Shown here: in pieces, positions 13,301 to 26,995 of the stretch
Layout: each line of letters begins with the position of its first letter
Numbering within the stretch: position 1 is the first letter of the stretch
DNA from: Octopus sinensis
Taxonomy: Eukaryota
NCBI RefSeq assembly: GCF_006345805.1
Contig: NC_043001.1
Coordinates: 55,738,001-55,802,000, forward strand
Direction of reading: 5' to 3'
DNA: 64,000 nucleotides
Made by a program: the position numbers and the translations under genes
The notes under the pieces: generated by a model
The model's input: the letters and a program-made list of their open reading frames with translations, nothing else
Databases searched by the model: none
Told to the model about the DNA's origin: nothing

Positions 13301-13439
13301 GCCACTTTGGGTATGTGTGTTTGAGTCTCCTTGCATTGGCATTACATGAAAGTAGTAAGCAAGCATTGTAGAAAATCTACCTCAACGAATTTTGCCTGTC
13401 CCATGCAAGTATGGAAAGTGAACATGAAAATTTTACATG

Positions 13440-13525
13440 TGCAGGTGGGGCTGTATGGTAAGAAGCTCGCTTCCCAACAACATGATTCCAGGTTCAGTCC
13501 CACTGCATGGCACCTTGAGCAAGTA
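13440..13525 (+). mobile_element. SINE family A head
   Basis: gtggggctgtatggtaagaagctcgcttccc...ggttcagtcccactgcatggcacc. Confidence 0.8.
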
Positions 13526-13546
13526 CATATATATATATACATATGT

Positions 13547-13842
13547 GGAGGCGCAATGGTCCAGTGGTTAGGGCAGCGGACCCGCGGTCGTAGGATCGCG
13601 GTTTCGATTCCCAGATCGGGCGTTGTGAGTGTTTATTGAGCGAAAACACCTAAAGCTCCACGAGGCTCCAGCAGGGGGTGGTGGCGATCCCTGCTGTACT
13701 CTTTCGCCGCAACTTTCTCTCACTCTTTCTTCTGTTGGCCTGCTCGCTTAGCCAGCGGGGTGGCGTCATTTAAAGGCGAAGTGCATTGTGACCAGCGATG
13801 TGTAGTAACATCTGGTAACCTGGTTGGTCACGGTGACGGTGA
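13547..13842 (+). mobile_element. Young tRNA-derived SINE family E
   Basis: A box tggtccagtgg (13557), B box ggtttcgattcc (13600), CpG-rich; second copy at 32370-32675. Confidence 0.9.
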
Positions 13843-13859
13843 TATATATATATATATAT

Positions 13860-14222
13860 CAGGCGTAGCAGCATGATAAGATGGTTCTGGGTTCAGTGGC
13901 ACTTTGGGTAAGTGTATTCTACTATAGTCTCAGGCTGATCAAAAGCTTGTTAGTGAATTTGGTAGACAGAAACTGAAAGAAGCCCATTATGTATGTATAT
14001 ATGTATCTATGTGTATGTTTTTGTATCTGTGTTTGTCCCCCACCCCACTGCTTGATAACCAGTGTTGGTGTGTTTATGTCCCTGTAGCTTAGTGGTTTGG
14101 CAAAAGAAATTGATAGGATAAGTAGCAGGCTTAAAAGAAAAAGTACTGACGTAGATTTCTTTGACTAAAATTCAAGGTGGTGCCCCAGCATGGCCACATT
14201 CTAATGACTGAAACAAGTAATA
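13860..14222 (+). mobile_element. SINE family A
   Basis: Shortened head, microsatellite, tail ending gactgaaacaagtaa. Confidence 0.8.
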
Positions 14223-14253
14223 ATGTGTGTGTGTGTATGTGTGTGTGAGTATG

Positions 14254-14261
<8 letters not shown>

Positions 14262-14293
<32 letters not shown>

Positions 14294-14903
14294 AACACAT
14301 ATTTGTACATATTTGTACATATTTGTTTTTATTATTATTATTATTATTTCATGGAAACACTTAAAGAACATAATTATTAGAATTTCCTTAGGAAACATGA
14401 AAGAGTAGGAACTCTTAAGTATTTTGCGGTGGAAGGTGATGGTGGTGGAGAATTTAGGCATTTGGTGGCGACTTCAAAAATTCTGATTTAACTTAATAAA
14501 CATGCTATCTATGGTAAATAAGTATTTTGATGGCATCATTGATAAGTGGAAAGTAATATCGGAATTAAAATGGAGCAGAAATGGAAGCAAGCGTGACAAT
14601 ATTTGAGCAAATGAGTAGAAAAATTTGTGTGGGTTAGTGTGTCTGTGTAGAGAGTTTAAATCTGTAGGAAATTGCATGTATGTATGTGTGTCAGAGATTT
14701 TGTTTGTCAGTGTGTGTGTGTGTGTGTGTGTGTGACATTTAATGTGTCTATCGATTTGTTCTTTATCTTTTCATATATGTTGACTATGTTGGCCAACTCA
14801 TATGGTACATGTAAGTCAGTACATTTATGTAGAAACTATATTTAAACTTATATTATTTATTTATAACACATACATACACACACAATATACATATATATAT
14901 AAA

Positions 14904-14956
<53 letters not shown>

Positions 14957-15590
14957 ATATATATATACACACACACACAAACACATATTTGTACATATTT
15001 GTACATATTTGTTTTTATTATTATTATTATTATTTCATGGAAACACTTAAAGAACATAATTATTAGAATTTCCTTAGGAAACATGAAAGAGTAGGAACTC
15101 TTAAGTATTTTGCGGTGGAAGGTGATGGTGGTGGAGAATTTAGGCATTTGGTGGCGACTTCAAAAATTCTGATTTAACTTAATAAACATGCTATCCTATG
15201 GTAAATAAGTATTTTGATGGCATCATTGATAAAGTGGAAAGTAATATCGGAATTAAAATGGAGCAGAAATGGAAGCAAGCGTGACAATATTTGAGCAAAT
15301 GAGTAGAAAAATTTGTGTGGGTTAGTGTGTCTGTGTAGAGAGTTTAAATCTGTAGGAAATTGCATGTATGTATGTGTGTCAGAGATTTTGTTTGTCAGTG
15401 TGTGTGTGTGTGTGTGTGTGACATTTAATGTGTCTATCGATTTGTTCTTTATCTTTTCATATATGTTGACTATGTTTGCCAACTCATATGGTACATGTAA
15501 GTCAGTACATTTATGTAGAAACTATATTTAAACTTATATTATTTATTTATAACACATACATACACACACAAATATACATATATATATAAA

Positions 15591-15600
<10 letters not shown>
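14262..15600. repeat. Near-identical tandem duplication, about 687-bp unit x2
   Basis: aaacacatatttgtac at 14293 and 14979; aaatatatgtg at 14901 and 15588; units bounded by (TA)n. Confidence 0.95.
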
Positions 15601-15640
<40 letters not shown>

Positions 15641-15812
15641 GTATATATATGTATGTACATTAATATATATACATACAAGCAGTCATATATAAATAGAAAC
15701 ACATGTATGTGTGTGTGTATATATATATATATACATACACATACATATAAACACATGTTTATATACATGCATATATGCTAATAAATAGAGCCAGGGCGTT
15801 TATATACATGTT

Positions 15813-15851
<39 letters not shown>

Positions 15852-16784
15852 GTGTTTGATTTTGTTGAATTAAGGAATTATGCAATACCACCCTTATATA
15901 TGCTTGCAGTCATGATGATGGTTTATCTGGTATTAAAATTTGTGGAAGTGCCTTCTGATTCACACCCCATAGAGCTGAGGGTTTTCCTCTTTCTTTCCTT
16001 TTTTTGCTATTTGACAAAGTATTGTAAAGATGTGAACCCTTGAACTCTAAGCTGTTACAGTATCAGATTCTTATCCCAGACCAGTGTTTCCTAATCTATT
16101 TTTCCCCAGGCCCCACTATAAATTTCCAGAAAAATGTTGTATGCCTCACCAGTGGTTGGAAAAAAACAACTTTACTTTTAATATTTTTTATCACAATTAT
16201 TCAATACAAAAGAATTTACTGGTAACTCCTTTATAAAGTACTGAGTACAAAAAAAAGTACATTATTGGCAACGAAAAGAAAAGTGAATCACTAATTAGAA
16301 TTTTGTGCCTGGCAACTACAGCAGATTTCCTTGATTCAAAGAGACAATTCTGTTAGCTCCAGCCATAAATCACCACAGTTTGTAATTTCAAGTCTGTTTC
16401 TATTGGCTCAAAAGAAATTCAACAGCACTAAAGTCACACTCAGCCAAATAAGATATGGGGAAATGAATCAAAAGTTCCTTTGCTGAAATGGTAGTGTTAG
16501 GGTATTTCCTTTCAACTTTATCATATAACCACATCTTGGTACCTTTTGCTTTGAACAAAATATTCACTGATTCTTTCGTATTAAATAATGGAATTCATGC
16601 CCCAACACAATTTTCCCAGGCCCCCACCGATGGTACATTTGTCCCTGGTTGGGAATAACTACTCTGGATGGAAGAGATGAGACCATTCATACTATGTAGT
16701 AGCAACTATTTTGTGGGTTGCTATAGCTTTTAACTGCAATGTTAGGCACTAGAATCTTCAGGACCTTACACACACGCACACACA

Positions 16785-16915
16785 GTTTAAATTTACAGAA
16801 AACAAAAGCCGAAGACAAGTGAGGGAACAACAAGCAGGTGTATTAGCTTACCACTTGGGAAGACTGGAAAAGTCTTTGATGTTTCGAGCCTATGCTCTTC
16901 GAAAGAGGTAAAAAT
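16785..16915 (-). mobile_element. Penelope-like terminal-repeat fragment
   Basis: Reverse complement reads tcgaagagcataggctcgaaacatcaaagact...aatacacctgcttgttgttccctcac, homologous to 6140-6275. Confidence 0.5.
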
Positions 16916-17762
16916 ATGGCAATATATCACTGCATAGCTTTTGTGTCTTTACACATACCATACACACACACAAAAACATAAATGCATATTATTTAAAAAA
17001 GATAAACTACCGTAGGAACAAGCATGAAATTATATAAAATCATTTTAGATGGCAAGTGTAGGGGAAGATGTTAACATTAATCTAGTGAATACGGGGAGCA
17101 CTTTATCTACATCTGTGATTGTTTTTGTAATTTACATCCTAGGTCATTCCTGCAGCCCTGATCCACTAGTCCTGTATCAAAAGAATACCAGCTGAAACCT
17201 TCCAAATTTTTGCAGATATAATTTATCTAGCAGTACATTATCTAATGTGCCCTTCTTTTTATACAATGGTAGGGTGTATTATGAGGCTCAATTGGATGTT
17301 GCTTACATTCTTTAGCCCCAGGTTGGACCTTGGGTGGTAGATCATTTTCTGGTTTACTACCACCAACTGGGCCTTGGGTTCCTTCAGCAGAGTTCACTCT
17401 ACAGCAAGCATTCAAATAGCTGAGGATAAGTGCCTGCTTTCCTCTGTTTAGTTTTGAAGGCCCTGAATAGGTCATGGGCATTACCCTCATTCTTTGACTA
17501 AAGGACCTTAGCTGTGGCCATCCAGTCCTTACTGTTTACATATACACTGTATTCTAGTATGTATCTTTGTTAGTGTATATGTGTTTATGTGCATGTGTGT
17601 GCATACAGGAATGTGTAAAATCATAGAAACTATATCTAAACTCCCATTATTTATATATAACACACACACAAATGAATATACATATATAAATATGTACATA
17701 TATACATACATAAATATATGTAAAAGTATATGATGAAAGTAGTGACATAGCTGGAGGATTAA

Positions 17763-17982
17763 ACCTTTAACATTTAAACCAGCAATATCCAGCTAAAATA
17801 TTCTAATTGTTTTATGTTCAAACTGACCAGGCCTGACCTCTCACACTAATCCTATAATGTTTATTGTAAAAGTGAACAATTGCAACATCGAAATCTCAAA
17901 ATTATAAGAAAATGCACGATAATTCAAAACAATGTGTGGAAATAAGCTTTACATTTGACAGAGTAACCTGAAGGCTGAGGGG
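17763..17982 (+). mobile_element. piggyBac-like MITE family 1
   Basis: TTAA at 17759-62 and 17983-86; degenerate ccctttagcatt...aatgctaaaggg TIRs; further copies at 27492, 29581, 29855, 46926 and 47150. Confidence 0.75.
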
Positions 17983-18468
17983 TTAAACATGAACACAAAG
18001 GAAATTAATAGAAAGGAAGCAGTTTTGATAGTAAAATTTAGGAATGGGGTAGATGGAGTGGGTAGTATGCAAGTGGGATTGGAGGAATGCCGATGTTAAT
18101 GTGTGCAGGGTATTTGGGTAGTAGCAGTAAGAGGGAATCCCTGGGTGTATTATAGTTGTGAAGGGGTAGATGTGATTGTAATTGGGACATTTAATAATAG
18201 GCAAGAGACCAATTCTGCATGCACCATCACCATTCCCTCTTCCATTCTATGTATGTATCACAAGCATACATACATCCATCCACCCCATGGCTATACCCTA
18301 CCCTTTTTCCTTTTCTTCATATCCCTTCATACTGAGTTAGGTTGTGGCTGGTAGGGAGTTAAGTAGGTATCCCTTGGGTGCTTAGTTAAGGATGTCGGCG
18401 GGGGCAGGGCATGAAGAAATAGGAATGTTGCAAACGAGTACAAGCAGGAGTGGGGTGATGAAGCTTAC

Positions 18469-18594
18469 CTACCCAATCAATTTAGATAGCTTATCTAGTT
18501 CTGTAATTGATTGACTCAACTTCGTTGAACAAGACTGATAAACTTGATAAATCTGCATGTGTAAGTTTAATATAATTACAACCATCGTTGAACC
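18469..18594 (-). other. Candidate 126-nt exon
   Basis: Acceptor ttttacattttatttttcag and donor AG|gtaagc; if entered in phase 2 it reads (M)VQRWL* followed by UTR. Confidence 0.35.
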
Positions 18595-19944
18595 CTGAAA
18601 AATAAAATGTAAAAACCCACTTCCGGTGTATTGCTGATGCTGGCGGCAGCAAGGTAAAAAAGGTAGGAGAGTTTCTTTTACATTTTAAGAAATTGGAAAT
18701 GAAAAACAGCATGGAATAAATAGATCAGTTAAGTTGGCAGGGTCAGGGAAACTGCTCCTATTTAAGAGTAGTGGGGAGAGTCACTAGATTGCAGAATTGG
18801 GCTTGATTTAACAAAGATTATGGATGTTCTCCTGTGTATGGAGATTCATTGACTATTGAAGAACTTGAAGTGATGGAAGAGTTGGGTAGAGGAAACCCCA
18901 ACAGATCCTTTTGCAATGTGCTGTTTTGAGGGTGATGGAAAGAAGGAATGAAGCCATTATACCTCATTTTGATTTGCCAGTCCTTTTTATTTACTTTTTT
19001 TTTTTTTTCAAATTGGAAATATTCACAGAAAGGAGGGAAAGAATGTTGGAACAAAATAAGGTGAATAATGACTATCTAAATGTTCTGTAGCGATAAGTAG
19101 GGGAGGGAGGTAAATTTCATTTTGGATACATAGGATGCTAGTCTACCCCAGATAAGCTTTACCCAATTCAAGGGAGAAAACTGAACTTTACATTTGAAGC
19201 CAACAAAGACTTAATCCCACAGTGCTGCTGCTAAGGTTATATCTTGCCATAGTGCAAATTTCTATTTAAATGTGAACAAAACACTCATCAATTCCACAGG
19301 GTTGCTACAGAATTATCCCATCCCATGGTGCCTATTTATAGCTGAGTAGACTTGGTTATCAACAAAACACTCATCAATCTTACAGTATTCCTATTTTTTG
19401 CAGTAGCGAAATAAATTACCTTGTGGAAATGACTCCCCCACCCGCCTCAGCATGACACTTAAGGACCCTGCTTTTTGAGTAACACAAATGTTTCAGCTAT
19501 GATTTCACATGATACAAATTAAGTCAGATCTTGGCTAGGGCACCAGTCTATCATAAGCAATATTTACAGTTGATTCTGTAAAGTGAGTTGTGATGTACAA
19601 CAATGTAGAACAGAGTATTTTACAAAGGGTGTGTGTGTAAACCAATTTAGCCTTTTTTAATACTAACCAATCTACCTACTGAGGCAGCTGGCACTAAATT
19701 TCTTCAGATATGAATTAATATCTTCATCAAAACCTCCTAGCATGAATGATATTGTCATACTTCTTCTGGTCAACCTCAGCATTATAACCCAATGTATAAA
19801 ATTATTGATTTGTTTTTTATTAACCTCTTTCAAAATCTTTATTTCATATTAATTGAAACATACAGATTGTCTAATAATTAGAAAGGTGGTCACAAAATTT
19901 TAATAATGACAAAGTTATTGTGCTAAACATTTCTAAATCATCAT

Positions 19945-20150
19945 CATTATTTAGTATGTTTTCCATGCTGGCATGGGTTGGACAGCTTGACAGGAACTGA
20001 CAAAGCCAGGAGCCACACCAGATTCCAAAGTCTGTTTTGGCTTGGTTTTTATGGCTGGATGCCCTTCCTAACACCAACCACTTTACAGAGTGTACTGGGT
20101 GTTTTTTATGTGGCACCCACGCCCATACCAATGCTTTTTATGTGGCACCT
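19945..20150 (-). mobile_element. RTE-LINE 3' tail
   Basis: catcatcatt...ttccatgctggcatgggttggacag...ggatgcccttcctaacaccaaccac. Confidence 0.8.
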
Positions 20151-21404
20151 TGGTTTTAAGATCTCATTTCTGTTGTGGTGTGTGCATTTTCTTGAGTACA
20201 GCAATGCACCACATACCTCAGTCTTCTGCCACTTCCTTTGTAAGGTTCAGTGTTTTGAGATCAGTATTCAAAATACTTGATTATTTTCAAAATTAAGAGA
20301 AACCTTACTTCTAGATCTAATACAACATATCCTTTAGTGTAGTAAGAGGTAACCAAAGGGCTTGAGTGTGAGAAAAGTAGTCAATCACAAAACACTACTT
20401 CAAAAATGCCTTCATAATGAAGACAAACTATTATGAGGTTAATAAGTCTAATCCTACTTTAGAAGGGACACTGGCCCTTCAGTTGTTTTCCACACTGGCA
20501 GTATATTTCATTATAATATAATCACCAAAGGGTTTTTAAAAAAAGGAACATTTTGATGGTATTGTAGCTAGAACAAGTTAAACCATAGTGCTACTGAATT
20601 TTGTTTCGCTGGATAAATTTTTATTCTAGTTTCTATCTCAATAAATAGCTCTCTAGTAAAACTGCTTGCCCAAGACTGCTCAAGCGTCACGTTACCAATT
20701 CATCTAAAATGTTATTTGAATTTTTTTTTTTAAATCAATAACGATTTTATTATTACATGAATAATAATAACACAGGATTTCAGCAGGTAAACAGTTATCT
20801 TTTGTTAAGTTGTGTTCCAAAATGCTAGTTTAATTTACCAATAAATATGGAAGAAAAAGACAAAAAAGTTATTTTACCAAAATCCAAATTCTTCATTATA
20901 AAAAAAATAATAATAATTTAAACACATAAACAGTGTATTCTTGTTAGAAATATGGTCATGAAAAATGTTTACAGTGATGTTAATGTTCATACTAGTCGTA
21001 AACAAATTTAGTTTTTATTTATTTAAGTTATAGAGTAATTTTTAAATTATTGATCAAAAAATTCATATAATTTTATGATTCAAACTTATAAAATCTTGAA
21101 AAGCAAAAATTTAAAACCATAGAAAGTTAAAATTACTGCTGACTTGAGAGTATTTTGATGAATTGATACGATGTAAACAAGTTTTATGAAATATGTTTTA
21201 AAATTCTGAAAGTTGACAAAAAAATAAAACTCCCCAAACAACCGGAACATCATCATCATCATCATAATTATTATTATTTATTATATGAACACACAAAATG
21301 TCATAAATGTTAATGCGTTTTCATTTTCCTATCTAATCTTTCCAGGATTTCTTTATATTTTTTATTTTGTGTTATTCAGTGTTAGTCCCTCCTTTTTCTG
21401 TTTC

Positions 21405-21915
21405 AGTGAATGGTCTTTGGCCAAGCTGGAGCACTGTCTTCAAGGATTGTATTCAATCATATAAACCCAGGTTACTTATTTCCATCTGATACTTATTTTA
21501 TTGATATTTATTTATCAAAAGAAAACATTGTGTCTACAAGTAAATACACACACTTCAAACAATACTGATTTTTCAACAAAACTATACTAAAATTTTCATA
21601 CAAACAGAAACTCATCCCAGAATATTCTTTTCTACTCTAGACACGAGGCCTGAAATTTTTATGTCCCTGGTAGCTATGGGGACATAAACAAACTAACATC
21701 AATTGTCAGGCGATGGTGTGGGTACAAACACAGACACACAAACATATACATACAAATTCGATGGACTTCTTTCAGTTTCCGTCTACCAAATCCTCTCACA
21801 AGGTTTTGGTTGGCCCAAGGCTATAGTAGAAGACACTTTCCCAAGGTGCTACACAGTGGGACTGAACCTGGAACCATGTGGTTGGAAAGCAAGGTTCTTA
21901 CCACAGCCATACCTG
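21405..21915 (-). mobile_element. SINE family A, interrupted
   Basis: Tail at about 21405-21500; body and head at about 21680-21915. Confidence 0.7.
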
Positions 21916-22039
21916 CACTTATGTGTGTGTGTGTGTGTGGGTGGGTGTATATATTAATGACTTATAGGTAAGTGATATTTTGTTATGCAACCATAATAAT
22001 AAAGTATATTAAACATTTTAAGAAGTCAATACCTTGTAT

Positions 22040-22265
22040 CTAAGCAATGTATTCGAGGATGATTAATGGGTTAGATGGGTGCTGATGAAGGAGTAAAAAC
22101 CCCCGAAATATGGCACATGTGCCCATTGCCCATTTTTCATCATCAATCTCATTATTTGTTTATATCTGATGTCTTGTATACCAAACGTAGTAGCAAAAAT
22201 CAGTAAATCAATGCTGGTTATAATTTCTATAGAATATCTGTAGAGAGAAAACCTTAACCAAGTTA
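22040..22265 (+). repeat. Unclassified interspersed repeat, copy 2
   Basis: Homologous to 2635-2850. Confidence 0.75.
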
Positions 22266-23450
22266 TATATATATTCATATGTACATGTGTATTTTTGTAC
22301 ACATATGCAAATTTAAAAAGAACTAAACAAAAATCTCGTAATAAGCTGTTTACTTTAAACAAAACTACCTCTCCGTATAGGTACTAGAGCAACACCAGTT
22401 ACCTAAGATAGTTATCATATAAACATGTTAATCAAACTGATAATAAATTTTGCAGTAAATTAAATAATAATAATAATGATAATAAAGAACTTTGTGTTTA
22501 TTATGCTTATTATATAAATATGTACGTTGAACATTTTGATAATAAACTACAGTAAATTAGTTGAGATAGCAACTGTGTACTTTAATAAACTTTGTTAAAA
22601 GAGTATACTTTCTATAAAATATTGAAAAGGTTCTTGAGAATATACATTTTTTCCTTTCTTTCTTTAATATCATTTAGTAAGGCGGAAGAAGTGGAGATGC
22701 CAATGACCTTAGTTAATCCTCATAGATTGGTTAAAGTGATATATTTGATGTTCATCCATCCATAGTGAAACATAAGTGGCATATTAGACAGATCTCTGTA
22801 TGTGACTACTTTGAAAACAAATTCAATTTTAAATTGATAATATTCTACACAGCATCAATTCTTTTGCTTTAGCAATCAGTCTATGCCTCACAAAACAGTA
22901 TAATGAACTTCAGAAAATATCCTTCATATGATTTTGTTATTCTTTCCTTTTCTTTTTTTCTCCCCACCCCTTCTAAGATTATAAATTTTTAGGCAATTAA
23001 TATCATCTGCTTGCATTTAGCTAGAATCACTCTACTAGTGGATAACAGCCTCAGCATAATGTTGCTGGCTTATCTATGCTAGTTGCAAGACTTAACAATC
23101 CAATCTGGTCAAGTTTAGGTTGGATGGAGTGTATAAATGGTTAGATAATAACTTCTGGCAACTGACATCTACACAAAAAAAAAAGCCAACAGACGAGATA
23201 AAGCATCATGAACCAGTGCTTTAACAATTTCATAAATTTACAGTCCTGAACTCAAATTTTACTTATTCTGAAAGCATAAAATATAAAATTGACTCCAGTG
23301 GAATTTGAACTTAGAGTGTAGAAAGCCAGTACAAAGACTACACTGCATTGCATATGATGGGGTAATGACGCTCACAATTTTCTGCTCAGAAAGACTGTAC
23401 AGCAGAGTATTAGAGAAAATTACACTCATTAAACATTTTCATCAATTTAA

Positions 23451-23670
23451 CCCTTTTAATACCAACCCACCTCAGACCACACCAGCCTCTATTATACCAA
23501 CTTACTATTTTAAAGTGATGTAAATTAAAACCTTTCATTAAAATTTCATGTTAATTTGTGTTCCAAAAACCAGTTTAATAATGATCATGTTATTTTACTA
23601 AATTCTTCATTATTTTAAAATTAATTGAAACAAAGGCCATGTATTTTAAATGGATATGGTAATGAAAGGG
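23451..23670. mobile_element. piggyBac-like MITE family 2
   Basis: TTAA at 23447-50 and 23671-74; TIR cccttttaatacc / ggtaatgaaaggg. Confidence 0.8.
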
Positions 23671-23719
23671 TTAAACTCTGAAGTCAAATCCTATGAGAAT
23701 GGAGTTCACTTCAGTCTTC

Positions 23720-23925
23720 CTAGGTCTGTTTTTGTGCCTGTGTTTGTTCCCCACCACCACTTGACAACTGGTATTGGTGTGTTTATGTACCTGCAACTTA
23801 GCAGTTTGGCTAAAAAGACAGATGGAATAACTACAGGGGCAGGGGTTGATTCATTCGACTAAAATTTCAAGGTGGTGTCCTAGCATGGCCCCAGTCTAGT
23901 GACTGAAACAAGTAAAATGATAAAA
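23720..23925 (+). mobile_element. SINE family A, tail only
   Basis: gtgtttgttccccaccaccacttgacaac...gactgaaacaagtaaaa. Confidence 0.8.
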
Positions 23926-24504
23926 GATATGAAGGTATACAATTCACTGTTGAGAAGTTTCTATTGAATTCTACTCACAATTTCTTGGTCAAAATTTGGA
24001 AGCTATTGTAGAAGACATGCTGAAGGTGATGCACAGTATGATCATATCTAGAACCATGAGGTTGAGAAGCATACATTTTAACCAAGCAGCCATTCCAGCA
24101 TCCTAGGCACTCATTTACAAATTCTGATATACACACGTAGAAATGGAAAAAAAAAAATATTACATCAAAGGCAGGAGTTACACTTCAGGCTTCTTTTTAA
24201 ATATCTGTTATAATATTTAGCATGGCGTAATTTCTTACAAAAATAATCCTATTTCAAGTTATCTTGAGTAAACACAAGTACATAAATATGTACACATGTA
24301 TAGTAGTAGTTGCATGTAGATATATATGTAAATATATCTGTTAGAGCATTAGTGTCTCCTTATCTTCACTAGATGTTTAAGACAGAGACAAAACACACAC
24401 ATACACACACATAAATATATGCCCACACATACATTTACACACAAAGCTTTATGCAAGTTTGTGTCATCTACCTATGCATGTGTATATGTGTGTGTGTGTG
24501 TGTG

Positions 24505-24536
<32 letters not shown>

Positions 24537-25177
24537 ACAAAGTTATTTTATTCCACACGGGTAGAAATATAGGAAAAATAGAAGTTGAAAATGCACTGAG
24601 AATAGTTAGAATATTTTTTTATTAATATATTTAAAGCTTTTAACTGGTTTCCCAGTTTACACTGATTTTCAAAAAGTCCAAATAGAAAGACGTGGCTTCT
24701 GTTGCAACTGTCTTGTTTCGGACTAGTGTTTGAAGCTGGTCTCATTTTTACAGGGAGTTCATGACTCAAATTAGTATATGTTTTGAATAGGGTTTGATTG
24801 GTAGAGGATAGTCACGTAACTAATCTTAGAAATGACTGAACATGTCCAAATAATCAATGCTCAGAATATTTTGTCAAGTGCTTGTTGAGAGTAAACACCT
24901 TTTTAAGTTTATAACCATTAGTATGTTTCCTTCTATGAACATGCATTAATGTCATGTGACAGTATATTTCGCACCTAAAAAGAAGGCCAACACAGTTGAA
25001 TGATCATGTTTAGTTATAATCAAGGCACTCCAAATTTAATCTGTCTGGTGGGAGAGTGGGCAAGAGTTGTTTACATGTAGTCCAGTGTCTAAAGTTTATG
25101 TTGTTAGCTATGAAGGCTCTTCATGTTAAGTGGCAGAATGAGTTTTGTGTGCAATAGCTATTTGTGTATGTACTCTA

Positions 25178-25750
25178 TTAAAGTTTAAGTCTTCATTTGT
25201 ACTTTTGTATGAAAGTATTTTCTTTGTTTATCTGTGCTTCATCTGTGGTGTTCGCTGAACATAGGTAGAGTGGGAAGGCCTGGAATTTGGGGGACTTACT
25301 TTTTGCACATATGTCTATGTGTCCACTCAGTGGAATCTGTCTAGAACTGAGGTCTCGTATTTGTTGTCGGTGAATGGTCAGTCTATTTCTTAGAGTAAGC
25401 TTAATTTGACCTATGTAATCTTCATTACATCCTTGTCATTTGATAGCGTAAATTAAATTCCTTGAAGTACATGTCAAGTGATTTTTTATGGTAAAAATCT
25501 GTCCTGATTTGAATTTATGTGTTGTGTCTTTAATGAGATTGATGCAAGTCCTGCAATTGGGGTGGCCACACTTTTTGACTGTTAGTGTAGGAATTGTGGA
25601 AGGTAATTTGGCACTTGTGAGGAATAATTTTTTGAGGGACTTTGTCTTTTACTTTTGATTATTTTGTGTATTTTGAGTGCTTGTTTGATTCTTGAGTTTT
25701 GTTTTAGTAGTGGGATGGACTACAAATTTGAAGAACTTATACATTTTAAA
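25178..25750 (-). pseudogene. Penelope-like element GIY-YIG endonuclease region
   Basis: IIKSKRQ..LTSAKLP..VKKCGHPNCRTC..HLTCTSRNLIYAIK*QGCNEDYIGQ..LRNRLTIHRQQI..KENTFIQKYK; LIY/YIG motif and PLE Cys cluster; one frameshift and a few stops. Confidence 0.88.
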
Positions 25751-26604
25751 AGTCTAATCAACAGCATACACAATAATATCAACTACATACATACATACAT
25801 ACATACATACACACACACACATACATACATACATACATACATACATACATACAGTTCATATAGTTTTATTATATGCACAAATATACACATATGTACATAT
25901 ATACAAACATATATACATGTACATAGACATACAAACACATATATGTATTTGTGTATCCTGTGTTTCTCTCTCTCAACATCATGTGACAGAAAGAAGCAAG
26001 TACACATGAAACAAATCACTCATACATACATACTGACAAATATATACATGTACACACACATACATAAGTACAGATACATATCCACATGTTATACACACAC
26101 AGATACACATATTGTCAACATGGTTTTTATATATGTACACATCATGGTCAGAGTATATATAAGCCAGAGTATGGGCTAATGAGTACTTGTTCCAAAATCC
26201 ACTTCAGAGACAAAATGGCACCATAGGAATGAAGTTAGATAGTTCAGTCATGTGATCGTGTCACATGATACCCTCTACTTGTCTGGAAGTTAATCAAGAT
26301 GAAGAAATAATTAAAATTAGAAGATTCATAATTATAGTTCTTATAACACTGTTAAGTTACAGGATATCTAGCTGTTGAAAATGAACATGTAATTTTGGCT
26401 GATGTCTGGCACTAAATTTGTTTTCTTAGCTTTCAAATACTAAAGCCAGTGAATTAACATAATTAAGCCAATGAGAAAAACCAGATGAGCCTATGAAAGA
26501 AACCTTTAGGTTGACATGGTAAAACAGATAGTCAAATCTCTCTACAATCACACCCATCCATCTTAATAAAGAACAGAGTATGTTTGATAAAGTAGTCAGA
26601 GATA

Positions 26605-26825
26605 GAAGGTGGTGAGCTAGCAGAATCATTAGCGTGCTGTGCAAAAGGCTTAGAAGCATTTCATCCGTCTTTAGGTTCTAAGTTTAAATTTTGCCGAGGT
26701 TGACTTTGCTTTTTATCCTTTGAGGGTCAATAAAATAAATACCAGTGGAACATTGTGGTCGATGTAATTGACTTAATCCCTCCCCCAAAATTGCTGGCCT
26801 TGAGCCAAAAATTTGAAACTAATAT
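26605..26825 (+). mobile_element. SINE family B (Meta-domain-like core)
   Basis: gaggttgactttgctttttatcctttgagggtcaataaaataaataccag core; other copies at 39930, 49148, 53440 and 11410. Superfamily name is from memory. Confidence 0.75.
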
Positions 26826-26844
26826 TAGACATTAACTATACTCT

Positions 26845-26995
26845 GGGAGTGGTTGGTATTAGGAAACGCATCCAGCTGTAGAAACTCTGCCAGATAAGAT
26901 TGGAGCCTGGTGCAGCCATCTGGTTTGCCAGTCCTCAGTCTAATCATCCAACCCATGCTAGCATGGAAAGCGGACGTTAAACAATGATGATGATG
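26845..26995 (+). mobile_element. RTE-LINE 3' tail
   Basis: ...gcatggaaagcggacgttaaacaatgatgatgat. Confidence 0.85.

Noticed and set aside
13547-13620. tRNA gene
   Set aside because: A and B boxes are present but continue into a 300-bp body repeated at 32370; this is a SINE head.
18810-18930. LTIEELEVMEELGRG resembling a MAP2K subdomain I
   Set aside because: The Gly-rich loop does not continue (GRGNPNR), stops flank it, and there are no good splice sites or other kinase exons.
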